DNA from: a virus
Taxonomy: Duplodnaviria; Caudoviricetes
DNA length: 36,447 nucleotides
Virus record (IMG/VR): IMGVR_UViG_3300013767_000052
Location: 1-36,447 of that record
Direction: 5' to 3' (one strand)
The notes beneath the pieces were generated by a model that made no database searches, had not been told where the DNA came from, and was given only the letters and a program-made list of their open reading frames with translations. Position 1 is the first letter of the stretch. Every line of letters begins with the position of its first letter. Shown here piece after piece: positions 8,959 through 17,985 of this stretch. A program made the translations under genes and the position numbers.

Positions 8959-11571
8959 TCAGCTCCTGTATGCGCGTCGCTCGCGCTTCGCGAGCAGGTC
9001 GTCGAGCATGCGCTCCAGGTCGCGCAACGACAGATTGAGCCCTTGCTTGACCTGATCCTTTACACCATCAGGCGAACCGCCCTGGACCGTAATCGTTGGC
9101 GAAAAGTGAACCGTGATCCCAGAGCCGGCTACCGATGCGCCGGCCGGCGAGCCGCCGCGAGCTGCATTGATGCGCTGCATCGATGCGGCGGCCGCCGCCT
9201 GCGTCGCCATGCCGGCGGCCGCGCGCGCGGCGACCGCCGACGAGCGGCCGATGCCGATTGCGGCGCCCTGGGCAATGTTGTCGCCGAAGCCCATGAAGAC
9301 GCGGGACGGCGACTTGATCCCCAGCGTGTTCGCGAACCATGCCTTCACGTTGCCGCCAAATTCGACCAGCGTGTTTTTCGCGGCGGTGAAGCGATTGCGA
9401 ATGCCATTGACCAGGCCGTCGATCAGGTGCGAGCCGAAATCGGTGAAGGTTTTCGGGAGCCCAACGCCGAACCACCCGAGCACGCCCGCGAACGCTCGAT
9501 AGAACAGGCCGAGCGGTGACCAGTTGATGATCAGACGCATCACGCTCCCGATTCCGCCCGCGAACGCGGTACGAATCGAGTTCCAGATGCCCCCGAAGAA
9601 TTGCTTGATCGGCGTCCAGTAGCGGTAGATGAGGTACGCGCCGACCGCGATCGCAGTGATCGCGAGGCCGATCGGATTGAGCATCATCGCGCGCCCCAGC
9701 CAGAGCACCGCGCGCCCGGCCATCGTCAGACCGTTCACGAGCTGGCCGCCCAGGACGCGACCGAGCCACATGCCGCCCTGGGCGAGCAGGCGCAGCGGGC
9801 CGACGATCGTCATCAACATGCCCTGACCGAAGGGAAGGAGGATGCGGCCGACCGCCAGCGCGCCCCGGCCAAGGCGCATGAACATGCCCCCAACACGGCC
9901 GAGCCATGCGGCGAGTTTGCCCGCCGCACCCGCGCTCAACCCGAAAAGCTGAAACACCGTCGAGAGGCGAGAGCCGCCGCCAATCCACAGTGCTTTCATC
10001 AACGTCCACTTCGCGCCGACAGTGGTTAGTGCCGTGGCGACCGAATTTATTGGCGACTTGACGAAGAAATTCAGCGCCCAGCCGGCGGCGAGCGTCGCGA
10101 CCTTCATGCCGATCACGGCCGTTGCGAAACCGACGATGCCGCGGATCAGGCCCGGATGGGCGGCTGCGAACTGCGCGGTGCGCTGGATCAGCGGCGTAAC
10201 CGTGTTCATCAGATCCGTGAGCGACGGCAGCAGCGCACGGCCGACCGTGATCCCGAGATCCGCAATCTGGGTCTGAAAGCGCCCCCACGCAACGGTGGCC
10301 AGCTCTGCACGGCGAGCGTAGTCCTGGTCGATGGTGTTCAGCGCCTGGGCGCTCCCCATGTCCTTCTTGTTCTGCTGGTATTTGTCCCAGCCCTGGCGCA
10401 TCGCGAGCAGGTGGTTGATGGTCTGGATGTCCTGAAAGACCTCGTTCAAGCCGAAGCTCTCCATCAGCTTGCGCTGCGCCTCCTCGTCGCCCTTGGCGCC
10501 AGCGGCTTTCCATTGCTTCATGAAGGCGTCGCCGCGTGACGCAATGAACTTCTGCGCGATCTGCAGCGAACCTTCGTAGCTCGAATAGCCGCCTGCGACA
10601 AGGTTGGACATCGACTTTTGGTAGTCGACGCCGGCCTTCTTGTAGGCGTCGATCGTCGCCTTCGCATTCATGTGCGACAGCCAGTTACGCAGGTTCGTCA
10701 CGGCCTCGTCGCCGCTGCCGGCGCCTTCGCGACCGACTTCGAGGCTTGCGATGATCTGCGTCAGCGCGTCTTGTCCCTTGATGCCCTTGGCTGCGAACGC
10801 CGCGGTCATTTCAGGCAGGGCCTTCGCCATATCCTTCAGTTCGAACCGACCGAGCTTGCCGCCGTACGCGGCGCGGTTGAACGCTTCCTTCAGCGCCGCG
10901 TCGCCCTTGATTCCGAGCGTCTCAGAGAACGAATAGACCATGCCGGCGAGGTCTTTCATGTCGGCGTTTGTCGCCGTCGCCACGCGACCGAGCAGGTTCG
11001 ATTTCTGGCCGGCTTCCTTGGCATCCATCCCGGCCGCGACCAGCGTGCCGACGCCCTCCAGAATGGAGTTGTGGCCTTGGCTCGTCGCAACGGCTGCGCG
11101 ACGCATGGTCTCGCCGATCCGGAACTCTTCGTCCCGCGTCAAGTTGCCGGTGATCGCGATGTCGCGCAGGCCGGCCTCGAAGTTGGCCGCCTTCTTTATG
11201 GCACCAATCACCGGCGCGGCGGTCGCGGCCGCTGTGGCGTAGGTGCCAATCATGTCGGCGCCGAGCGCCTGACGTTGATCGCGCAACGCTGCGCCTCGTG
11301 CTAGGTGGGTCGCGAGCGCGGCCTGTCGCGCGTTGAGCTGATCAATGGTCCGACCGAGACGCTCATACTGGCTTCGTAGCTGGGCGATGTTGCGCATCGG
11401 ATGGGCCATGGCTCGCGCCATCACATCGCCCAGCCGGGTATGCCTCGCCCGCAGATCATCAGCGACGCGACCGAGGCCGTTCAGCGTCGTCCGGGTGCTA
11501 GAAAACGCTGCACCGAAGCTACCGAGTAGCGTCGCGCCGATCCGCACGCCAATAAAGAAGTTGCTTGCCAT
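8959..11571 (-). CDS. Tape measure protein
   Basis: 870 aa Ala/Gly-rich protein, GRFELKDMA, LGIKSPSRVF; follows the chaperones. Confidence 0.93.
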   Translation of the reverse strand: MASNFFIGVRIGATLLGSFGAAFSSTRTTLNGLGRVADDLRARHTRLGDVMARAMAHPMRNIAQLRSQYERLGRTIDQLNARQAALATHLARGAALRDQRQALGADMIGTYATAAATAAPVIGAIKKAANFEAGLRDIAITGNLTRDEEFRIGETMRRAAVATSQGHNSILEGVGTLVAAGMDAKEAGQKSNLLGRVATATNADMKDLAGMVYSFSETLGIKGDAALKEAFNRAAYGGKLGRFELKDMAKALPEMTAAFAAKGIKGQDALTQIIASLEVGREGAGSGDEAVTNLRNWLSHMNAKATIDAYKKAGVDYQKSMSNLVAGGYSSYEGSLQIAQKFIASRGDAFMKQWKAAGAKGDEEAQRKLMESFGLNEVFQDIQTINHLLAMRQGWDKYQQNKKDMGSAQALNTIDQDYARRAELATVAWGRFQTQIADLGITVGRALLPSLTDLMNTVTPLIQRTAQFAAAHPGLIRGIVGFATAVIGMKVATLAAGWALNFFVKSPINSVATALTTVGAKWTLMKALWIGGGSRLSTVFQLFGLSAGAAGKLAAWLGRVGGMFMRLGRGALAVGRILLPFGQGMLMTIVGPLRLLAQGGMWLGRVLGGQLVNGLTMAGRAVLWLGRAMMLNPIGLAITAIAVGAYLIYRYWTPIKQFFGGIWNSIRTAFAGGIGSVMRLIINWSPLGLFYRAFAGVLGWFGVGLPKTFTDFGSHLIDGLVNGIRNRFTAAKNTLVEFGGNVKAWFANTLGIKSPSRVFMGFGDNIAQGAAIGIGRSSAVAARAAAGMATQAAAAASMQRINAARGGSPAGASVAGSGITVHFSPTITVQGGSPDGVKDQVKQGLNLSLRDLERMLDDLLAKRERRAYRS

Positions 11572-11580
11572 ACCCTTCGC

Positions 11581-11811
11581 CTATTGCGCGTCCGCGCGAC
11601 GCTTGATCTCACGTTCTGCAGCGTCGATCCAGTGCCAGTAGTCGTCCATATCCAGTTCAGCGATTTCGGACGGCTGCATCTTCAGCACCAGTAGCAACAC
11701 CTCATCCAGCGGTCGCAGCGCCGAGTCCAGCGCCTGCGTTTCCTTGCTCGGCGGCTGATCGCTGGGCGCTCGCATCTCCGGCGGTATCCCGTCCCTCAAC
11801 CATGAGGCGAA
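11581..11811 (-). CDS. gpE'-like C-terminal extension of tail assembly chaperone (probably expressed by frameshift)
   Basis: +1 frame relative to the chaperone; QPSEIAELDMDDYWHW resembles the P2 GpE' motif; no strong independent start seen. Confidence 0.65.
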   Translation of the reverse strand, partial: FASWLRDGIPPEMRAPSDQPPSKETQALDSALRPLDEVLLLVLKMQPSEIAELDMDDYWHWIDAAEREIKRRADAQ

Positions 11812-12031
11812 AGGAGTCCATGAGCCGCTTCGAGTCGGCGAGGTCGAGTTCGCCGATGTCTTCGACGGTCAGGTTCGTGAGCATCGCGAGCAGGAAGTCT
11901 TCCTGTTCGCCCGGGTCTTCGCTGTACTTGGCCGCAAGGCCCATTTCCTTGCGCTTGCCGCGGCGCAGGTTCAGTTCCGTGAGCGTCTGACCGGTAGCGA
12001 GTTTGACGGGGTATTTGAGGGGGATTTTCAC
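11702..12031 (-). CDS. Tail assembly chaperone (gpE/gp41-like)
   Basis: IPLKYPV...LRRGKRKEM...LTVEDIGELDLAD; GGAG RBS before the GTG at 12031. Confidence 0.85.
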   Translation of the reverse strand: MKIPLKYPVKLATGQTLTELNLRRGKRKEMGLAAKYSEDPGEQEDFLLAMLTNLTVEDIGELDLADSKRLMDSFRLMVEGRDTAGDASAQRSAAEQGNAGAGLGAATAG

Positions 12032-12099
12032 GACGTGCTCCGTGGTGGTGGAGCACACATTGTCGATTCGCGCGCGCGAGCGGTATCGAGGAGAGAATT

Positions 12100-12123
12100 A
12101 AAAAAGGCCCGCCGAAGCGGGCC
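12100..12123 (-). terminator. Rho-independent terminator after tail tube gene
   Basis: GGCCCGC-TTCG-GCGGGCC followed by TTTTTT on the minus strand. Confidence 0.85.
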
Positions 12124-12152
12124 AAGACGACAACGACTGCGGAGGTGTTGGG

Positions 12153-12677
12153 TTAGCCGCCGATGTTGGCGCGGAAGTCGGCCAGCATGTCTTCGCCGCC
12201 GACACGGAAGATGTTCGCCAGATAGTCCAGCTCCAGCACTTCCTCGCCATCGATGACCTGCTTGATGTAGGTCGCGCCGAAGCCCGAGCTGAAATCAGCG
12301 TTCTCGTGTTGCTTGTACGTGCCGAGCGGGTTCTTCTTAAACATCACAGTCAGATACGTCACGAGGCTGACTTCCCGCACGCGACCTTGCGCGCCGTACG
12401 CCTCGATGCTCGAACGGCATTGCAGCGCGACGGCCTTGAACGGATTCGCCATCACCTTTGCCACGTCGGCATAGAGCGAGTTCCACTTGATCTCGCCTTC
12501 GAGCTTGTCCAGGCCGCCGGGCAGTTCCACCTTGCCGATCATGCCGAGCGCCTTGTGCTCGGCCATGATTGCCTGGACGTCCGGCAGCTTGATTTCTTCA
12601 GCCTTGCCGAGCATCGAATTGTTGAGCAGATACACGTTGGCGTTCGTGATCCGGTTGATTTGGACGCCACCCGCCAT
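12153..12677 (-). CDS. Tail tube protein (P2 FII-like)
   Basis: 174 aa downstream of sheath; LGKAEEIKLP...ELDYLANIFRVGGED. Confidence 0.9.
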   Translation of the reverse strand: MAGGVQINRITNANVYLLNNSMLGKAEEIKLPDVQAIMAEHKALGMIGKVELPGGLDKLEGEIKWNSLYADVAKVMANPFKAVALQCRSSIEAYGAQGRVREVSLVTYLTVMFKKNPLGTYKQHENADFSSGFGATYIKQVIDGEEVLELDYLANIFRVGGEDMLADFRANIGG

Positions 12678-12679
12678 GA

Positions 12680-14113
12680 TCAGTTACCTCCCTTCAGGGT
12701 GAGCAAGTACTCCGAGGTGATCTCGGTCTCGTACGTGAGGCGTTCGAGCGGCGGCGGCACCGTGTACTTGTAGTTGATGAGGAGGTGACCGGCCGCCAGC
12801 TCCTCCTTCGGGTTGCGAGCAGGATCGAACCACCCCTTGAAGCCGAGCAGCGCGCCGTCGCCGATCAGCTTGCGCCCGAACCCGTTCACCGACTCGACGA
12901 GCGAATCGATCAACCCTTGATCGATCGGCGCGTCGGTGAACTGCAGGCTGAAATACCGCAGCGATTCGTTGATGACGTCGCCGGTGCGCCGCACGTTCTC
13001 GAAGTTGCGCATGTGTGTCACGGTCGGCCATGCGGCAGACCGGTTGCCCCACAGGCGCAGGCCCGAGCCGTACGAGCTGAAGACGGTCGTGATGCCCTGT
13101 TCGTTGAGCATGTTCACGTCCGATTGCGGATCGTCGATCATCGCCGACAACGGCCGCTCAACTCCCGTGACGCCGACGAGCTGCTGATTCGAACTGGACC
13201 ACCAGTAGCCCTTGTCCAGGTCGACGCGTGCTCGCAGGCCCGCGGCGCGCGACGAGAGCGGCTCCAGGCGTTCGGCGTTGGTCGCGGCGTCGTACACCTT
13301 CACGTGCGGATAGCAGAGGCGTACGCGGTCGCTGGACGTGTTGAAATTGATCGTGCCCGCCGGCCCTCGGCCGGCCAGCGCCTGCGCGAGCGTCGTGCCG
13401 ATCGGCGCGTCGATGTAAGCGATCGCCCCGAGCTGGACGGCCATCGCCTCCAGCTCGACCGAGACGGAGTTTTGCGTGCAGTACGCCGGCGCGATCAGGA
13501 TCTTCGAGAAATAGCCGTACAGGTTGTACGTATCCTTCAGCGCCTTCATCCCCGTGCGCATACCGGCTGCATTCACCGCGCCGATGATGTCGGCGGCCGT
13601 AACCTTCGTCGGGTCCGCGTAGTCGTAGGTTGCCTTGGCCGCAGTCGCGCCGGCTGGAATCGTGCCGGTCTTGATCCGCGTGATGACGCCGTTGATGAGA
13701 TCGACGGTGTAGTCGGTTCCCACGGTATACGTAGAGCTACCGTTATCGCTCTTCAGCACAAGATTCGCCGCGGCCGGGTGCGCGAGCTTCGCTCGGCCGG
13801 TTGCGGCGTCGAACGTGACGGATTCGCTCGGTGCGCTGGTCTTGTGCACCGCCGGGTCGAGGACGTTGATGACGATCACCGTCCCGCTGCCGTAGTCGTA
13901 GACCGCGTCAAGCGCTTGCGGGATCGTGAAACCCGCGAGCTGCGGCCCGAACTGGGCAGCGTCGACGTCGGATAGCGACTGCACCGGCGTGTTGACCGGC
14001 CCGACCGGCGCCGTGCCGATCAGACCGATGACGGCCGACTTCACGACCTTGACGGGCCGCGAGCCGGTTTCCTTTTCAATGGTCTCGACGCCATGCAAAT
14101 AGTTTGCCGCCAT
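12680..14113 (-). CDS. Tail sheath protein (P2 FI-like)
   Basis: YLHGVETIE, SAVIGLIGTAP, GYWWSSSN, GLRLWGNRS motifs. Confidence 0.95.
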   Translation of the reverse strand: MAANYLHGVETIEKETGSRPVKVVKSAVIGLIGTAPVGPVNTPVQSLSDVDAAQFGPQLAGFTIPQALDAVYDYGSGTVIVINVLDPAVHKTSAPSESVTFDAATGRAKLAHPAAANLVLKSDNGSSTYTVGTDYTVDLINGVITRIKTGTIPAGATAAKATYDYADPTKVTAADIIGAVNAAGMRTGMKALKDTYNLYGYFSKILIAPAYCTQNSVSVELEAMAVQLGAIAYIDAPIGTTLAQALAGRGPAGTINFNTSSDRVRLCYPHVKVYDAATNAERLEPLSSRAAGLRARVDLDKGYWWSSSNQQLVGVTGVERPLSAMIDDPQSDVNMLNEQGITTVFSSYGSGLRLWGNRSAAWPTVTHMRNFENVRRTGDVINESLRYFSLQFTDAPIDQGLIDSLVESVNGFGRKLIGDGALLGFKGWFDPARNPKEELAAGHLLINYKYTVPPPLERLTYETEITSEYLLTLKGGN

Positions 14114-14116
14114 CGC

Positions 14117-14362
14117 TCAGGCTCCCTTCACGGCGACCGCGTTTGCGGCGGTCTTCGGTTGATCTTCCGGCACGCTGGGGCGCGCGGGCTTGATCGACGG
14201 CGCTGCGGCCGGCTTCAGGTAGCCCATCGCGAGCAGAGTCGCCGTGTACTCGTGGTTTTCGGGCAGCTCGACGTCTGCGCCCGTGTGAAGCATCACTTCC
14301 TGGACGTCTTCGCCGTCCTGCAGCGTGACGCCGCTGGTTGGTCCGCTGTACTGGTATTTCAC
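14117..14362 (-). CDS. Small hypothetical virion-associated protein
   Basis: GAGGAGG RBS, GTGA overlap, sits in the operon just before the sheath. Confidence 0.75.
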   Translation of the reverse strand: MKYQYSGPTSGVTLQDGEDVQEVMLHTGADVELPENHEYTATLLAMGYLKPAAAPSIKPARPSVPEDQPKTAANAVAVKGA

Positions 14363-14823
14363 GATTCCTCCTCGTAGGTAACTTGCGTCAACAGCGGTCC
14401 GTCGTTCGGCTCCGCGTCCTCAACAATCACGGCGCCCGCCGAAAACTCGATCACGTACTGCCACAAACCGGCCGATTCACCGAGGAACTTGTCGCTGACC
14501 GCAGCAAGCTTTTTGCAGTCCGGCGGGCGGAAGCCCACCAGGGCGGTGCGAACGTGATCGAGCACGTCGATCGCACCGCCGCGGCCGTTGAGCTGGCGCA
14601 GCACGATCGCGACAGCGAACTTCACACGCCGCGGCTGAATAACCATGTCGGTGTCGACGGTCGTGTCGTACTGACTGCCCGGATAGCTGACCAGCAACGC
14701 GCCGATCGCATGGTTGAGCCGGTAGTCGTCCGGACGCTCCGGGAAGTACTCGGTCACCAGTGCTGGAAGCTTGGCGCGCAGCCTCGTTACAACGGCGTCG
14801 ACCATTTCAAGCGTCGTCGCCAT
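14359..14823 (-). CDS. Gp37-family head-tail joining/tail terminator protein
   Basis: Mu-like synteny; YRLNHAIGALLVSYPGS motif. Confidence 0.78.
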   Translation of the reverse strand: MATTLEMVDAVVTRLRAKLPALVTEYFPERPDDYRLNHAIGALLVSYPGSQYDTTVDTDMVIQPRRVKFAVAIVLRQLNGRGGAIDVLDHVRTALVGFRPPDCKKLAAVSDKFLGESAGLWQYVIEFSAGAVIVEDAEPNDGPLLTQVTYEEES

Positions 14824-15275
14824 CAGTAGCGCCCCAGCAGGTCCGACCCGAACTCGCGACGGCGCGCGCGGACCTTCATCTCGCCGGGCTCGGGCGTCGC
14901 CGTACCGCTCGGATCGCCGATCGTCAGCTTGTTGTCCCGGATTTTCTCCAGCATGTGCATCGACGCCTTGAAGGTCTGCGATACGGTGTCCGGCAGTGCG
15001 GCGCCTTCCGGTCGACGGGCATACAGCCAGTGCCGGGCCAGATTCACCGTGACATCCTTGATGACCGTCGGCACCGGCGAGAGCGGCAGGTTGTAGCGGC
15101 CGCGCAAGTGGGCATCGACGATTTCCTCTGCCTGGCGCACGGCGCTTTCGACGATGTCGGTGTTGATCGTCGTCGGCGCCGGCGTGCCGTAGTCGGTGGT
15201 CGTGTCGTTCGTCAGCTCAATGAGCGTCCGCTCGGGCACGGCCACTTTCAGGTCGGTCAGCGTGCAGTAACGCAC
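14823..15275 (-). CDS. Mu gp36-like (DUF1320) head-tail adaptor
   Basis: MRYCTLTDL...IVDAHLRGRYNLPL...VPTVI...LARHWLY. Confidence 0.88.
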   Translation of the reverse strand: MRYCTLTDLKVAVPERTLIELTNDTTTDYGTPAPTTINTDIVESAVRQAEEIVDAHLRGRYNLPLSPVPTVIKDVTVNLARHWLYARRPEGAALPDTVSQTFKASMHMLEKIRDNKLTIGDPSGTATPEPGEMKVRARRREFGSDLLGRY

Positions 15276-15276
15276 G

Positions 15277-15609
15277 TCAAATGCCCCGCAGGATGCGGAT
15301 CACGTCGCCGGCGGCCGTCGCCGCATCGAGCGCGTAGCCGTTCGATGCACCGGTCGCCTTCGGAATGGCCTGGCCGGCCGCGTCCGCCTCGACTTCGGCA
15401 TGCTGGTCGACCGGCGCACCGGCCATGACCAGGATGACGCCGAGCAGGTTGACCGACGCTTGCTCGCCGACATCGGCGGTCGTTTCGGCAACGCCGAGCG
15501 CCTTCGCGCCGGCTGCGCACACGCCACCATCGAAGCCGACGAACTGGAAGCGGTTCAGCCCGGCGGCAGCGGTAACGGACGTGGTGAGGATCGGTTGATG
15601 CGTTTTCAT
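15277..15609 (-). CDS. Capsid cement/decoration protein (DUF2190-like)
   Basis: Ala/Gly-rich 110 aa after the capsid gene; GYALDAATAAGDVIRI. Confidence 0.8.
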   Translation of the reverse strand: MKTHQPILTTSVTAAAGLNRFQFVGFDGGVCAAGAKALGVAETTADVGEQASVNLLGVILVMAGAPVDQHAEVEADAAGQAIPKATGASNGYALDAATAAGDVIRILRGI

Positions 15610-15631
15610 GAGTCATGTTCCGTTCGGGTAG

Positions 15632-15651
15632 GTCTCGCCCGAAGGCGAGAC
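15632..15651 (-). other. Stable hairpin with C(UUCG)G loop downstream of the capsid gene
   Basis: GTCTCGCC-TTCG-GGCGAGAC on the minus strand, no U tract. Confidence 0.65.
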
Positions 15652-15683
15652 GTGGTCAATACGGGATTCGTTGCGGCGCGCGA

Positions 15684-16610
15684 TCAGCCGTTGATGCCCG
15701 AGATCAGGTAGCCAGCATCCGCGCCGAGCAGGTACGGACGGAAGATGTCCGTGCTGCGCACCAGTTCGAGCTTGCCGTCTTCGATGCGCGTGTCGACAAC
15801 CGGATTGCCTTTCTTGCGCAGCGTGTAGCCGTACGACGGTTCGTACGGCGTGCGCTGCTGGCTGTTGCGTTGCAGCGGCACATAGGCGAGCACGATGTTG
15901 GCGCCCCAGATGTCCGTGAAGCGGTCTTTGTCGTCGGCATAGATGGCCTCGCCGACCGCGATGTTCTCGACCTCGAAGATTTCCTTCAGCAGGTCAACGG
16001 TCACGATGCCCTTCATCGAGTACTTGATCTTCTCGATGAGCTGCGGGTGGGCCTTCAGCGTCTTGTAGGCCGACGCACCGATCACCATCGTGTTCGGCCG
16101 GCGGCCGATTTTCGTGCGGATCGCTTCCTTACCGTCTTCGACGATACCGACCGGATCGCTGTTGGCCGCGGTGAACTTCTCGGTTGCGTTGAGTTGCTTC
16201 TTGTTGCCCGAGGTGTAGCTGTTCGGGTTCTGCGCGAGGTCCGCGACCATTTTTTCGCGGCGCAACTGGATTGCTTCGGTCGCAGTCTGGACGGCGGCCT
16301 GTTCCAGCGGGAACGCGGATTCCTGGTCTTCGCGGTAGTCGATTGGATACTCGAGATCGTGTTCGTCGAGGACGACGTCGACGCTGCCCAGGTCTTCCGG
16401 GTTCATGCGGTTCGACTTCGCACGCAGCGCGCGTTCCGTCTTGTAGAGGCGGAATGATTCCTTGCCGAACTTCGGAATCTTGCCTCCTTCCTTTTCCACT
16501 TCGACGACCGGCATCAGGCTCTGACCGATGAATTCAGCGTTCGTGTAGCCGATCGCGAGATTCGTCAGCACGGGGTCGACGATTCGCAGTTTCGAGAGAC
16601 GTCCCATCAT
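15684..16610 (-). CDS. Major capsid protein
   Basis: 308 aa after protease/scaffold; VDPVLTNLAIGY, GRRPNTMVIG, EPSYGYT; AGGAG RBS. Confidence 0.88.
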   Translation of the reverse strand: MMGRLSKLRIVDPVLTNLAIGYTNAEFIGQSLMPVVEVEKEGGKIPKFGKESFRLYKTERALRAKSNRMNPEDLGSVDVVLDEHDLEYPIDYREDQESAFPLEQAAVQTATEAIQLRREKMVADLAQNPNSYTSGNKKQLNATEKFTAANSDPVGIVEDGKEAIRTKIGRRPNTMVIGASAYKTLKAHPQLIEKIKYSMKGIVTVDLLKEIFEVENIAVGEAIYADDKDRFTDIWGANIVLAYVPLQRNSQQRTPYEPSYGYTLRKKGNPVVDTRIEDGKLELVRSTDIFRPYLLGADAGYLISGING

Positions 16611-16652
16611 TTCTCCTGGCTCAATGGCCTTTTCGGTGGCTTGCGCCGGTGG

Positions 16653-17123
16653 TTAGCGGATCACCGCGTTCGCGGCCGCTGCGTAATCGACGTTGTGCTC
16701 GCGCATGTACGTCCGGATGCGGCCGTCCAGCTCGGCGCGCGTCGGGTCGACGTTTTCGCCATAGCTGACCGTATCGGCGCCCGCGCCGGTCACACCGGCG
16801 CGCTCGCGCGTCGCGTGCTCGCCGAAGTCGACGACCTTCGGCAGGTCGCCGAGGAACGACCGGAATGCGCTGGCCAGCGGTTGCTTCGCGTCGCCTTCGC
16901 CGAACTCGAACGGCTCGCGTGCCGTGAAGTCGAGAAATGCGACGACTGCATCCTTGTGCTTCGGCGCGAGCGTGCCGCCGGTGACGAGCTGCTCGGCATA
17001 CGACACGTGCTCGCCGTGGCGCCGATCGTCTGCCGTCTTGCGCTCACGCGCTTGTGCGTCAGCGAGCTGCTGCTTGAGCTGGTTGTTTTCGGCCTCCAGG
17101 GCGGCCTTTTCCTCAGGGGTCAC
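16653..17123 (-). CDS. Nested in-frame scaffold protein (Mu gpZ-like)
   Basis: AGGAG RBS (17133-17137) 9 nt before an in-frame GTG that opens the coiled-coil half. Confidence 0.65.
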   Translation of the reverse strand: MTPEEKAALEAENNQLKQQLADAQARERKTADDRRHGEHVSYAEQLVTGGTLAPKHKDAVVAFLDFTAREPFEFGEGDAKQPLASAFRSFLGDLPKVVDFGEHATRERAGVTGAGADTVSYGENVDPTRAELDGRIRTYMREHNVDYAAAANAVIR

Positions 17124-17771
17124 TGCGGTTTTCTCCTGCTGAGTGGTGGTGGGTTTAGTGGCCGCGCCGCGCTCGGCGAATGCGCTGGTCGGCTCATCGT
17201 CTTGTCGCGCGACCTCGCGGATCGACTCGATTTGCCAATCGGGGATGACCTGGTCTGCCGTGTCCTGGCCGAATTGCGTGAGCAGCCATTCGCGCATGCG
17301 GCGCCAGAGGCCCGCGTTGAGTTCTTGACCCCAATCGCTGAACTCGACGACGCCTTCGTTGCCGTCGCTGAAATTGACGTCGCGCAGTCCCTTGAGGGCC
17401 GGCGGCTGCGCCCCGAGAAAGCCGACATGGCGCAGGTAGTAGATGCCGGGCACCGGGTTGTGCGGCGAATCGGGGTGGTAGAAGCTGGCGCTGATCTTCT
17501 TGTAGCGCCCGGCGTCGACGAGTTCGGCGAAGGCCGGGTCAACCTGGGTAGGTTCGGCCTGCAGGTTGCCGGCCGACGCGGAGAGCGATGCAACCCAGCC
17601 CCACGCCGGCGCGTTGTCGCGCGGATGGCCGATGACGATCGGCGCTTCGTGAACTTTCGGGTCGTATGCGGCGGCCGTCGCGGCGAGATCCGTTTCGGCG
17701 AAGTCGAGCACGCGACCGCTCATGTCGGTCTGCGTGCCTGCCCGGAAAATGTGGAGTGGTTTCGCGTTCAT
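16653..17771 (-). CDS. Mu gpI-like head maturation protease/scaffold
   Basis: HIFRAGT, APIVIGHP, AWGWV, YKKISASFY, LRHVGFLGAQPPALKGL. Confidence 0.9.
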   Translation of the reverse strand: MNAKPLHIFRAGTQTDMSGRVLDFAETDLAATAAAYDPKVHEAPIVIGHPRDNAPAWGWVASLSASAGNLQAEPTQVDPAFAELVDAGRYKKISASFYHPDSPHNPVPGIYYLRHVGFLGAQPPALKGLRDVNFSDGNEGVVEFSDWGQELNAGLWRRMREWLLTQFGQDTADQVIPDWQIESIREVARQDDEPTSAFAERGAATKPTTTQQEKTAVTPEEKAALEAENNQLKQQLADAQARERKTADDRRHGEHVSYAEQLVTGGTLAPKHKDAVVAFLDFTAREPFEFGEGDAKQPLASAFRSFLGDLPKVVDFGEHATRERAGVTGAGADTVSYGENVDPTRAELDGRIRTYMREHNVDYAAAANAVIR

Positions 17772-17778
17772 GTCGCCC

Positions 17779-17820
17779 ATCATCGGGCGGCGAACGGAAC
17801 GGGTCTTTTAATCGGCTTTA
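17779..17820 (-). promoter_or_regulatory. Putative activator-dependent late promoter (head genes)
   Basis: TAAAGCCGATTAAAAGACC identical to the site upstream of the holin; -10-like GATGAT at the same distance. Confidence 0.7.
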
Positions 17821-17985
17821 CGATTGCGCCGGAGCAATACGCGCGATGAGGGGAGCGCGGCGGGTTCGAACCAAACCCATAAAGCCTTTATAAAACTTTA
17901 CGAGGCAGCGTCAGGGCGCTGTGGCTATCGTTGCGCGCCTCGGGTGGTCCGGAGGCGCGCAGCGGCCGATCGGTTCGTCGACCGG

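Noticed and set aside
9068-13975. Long alternative-frame and antisense ORFs (for example 9068..10513, 12785..13975)
   Set aside because: Shadow ORFs expected in high-GC coding DNA over clear structural genes; the same applies to 16641..17849, 18513..19676 and 33769..35037.
15632-15651. Terminator after the capsid gene
   Set aside because: Strong stem but no U tract; kept only as a stability hairpin.
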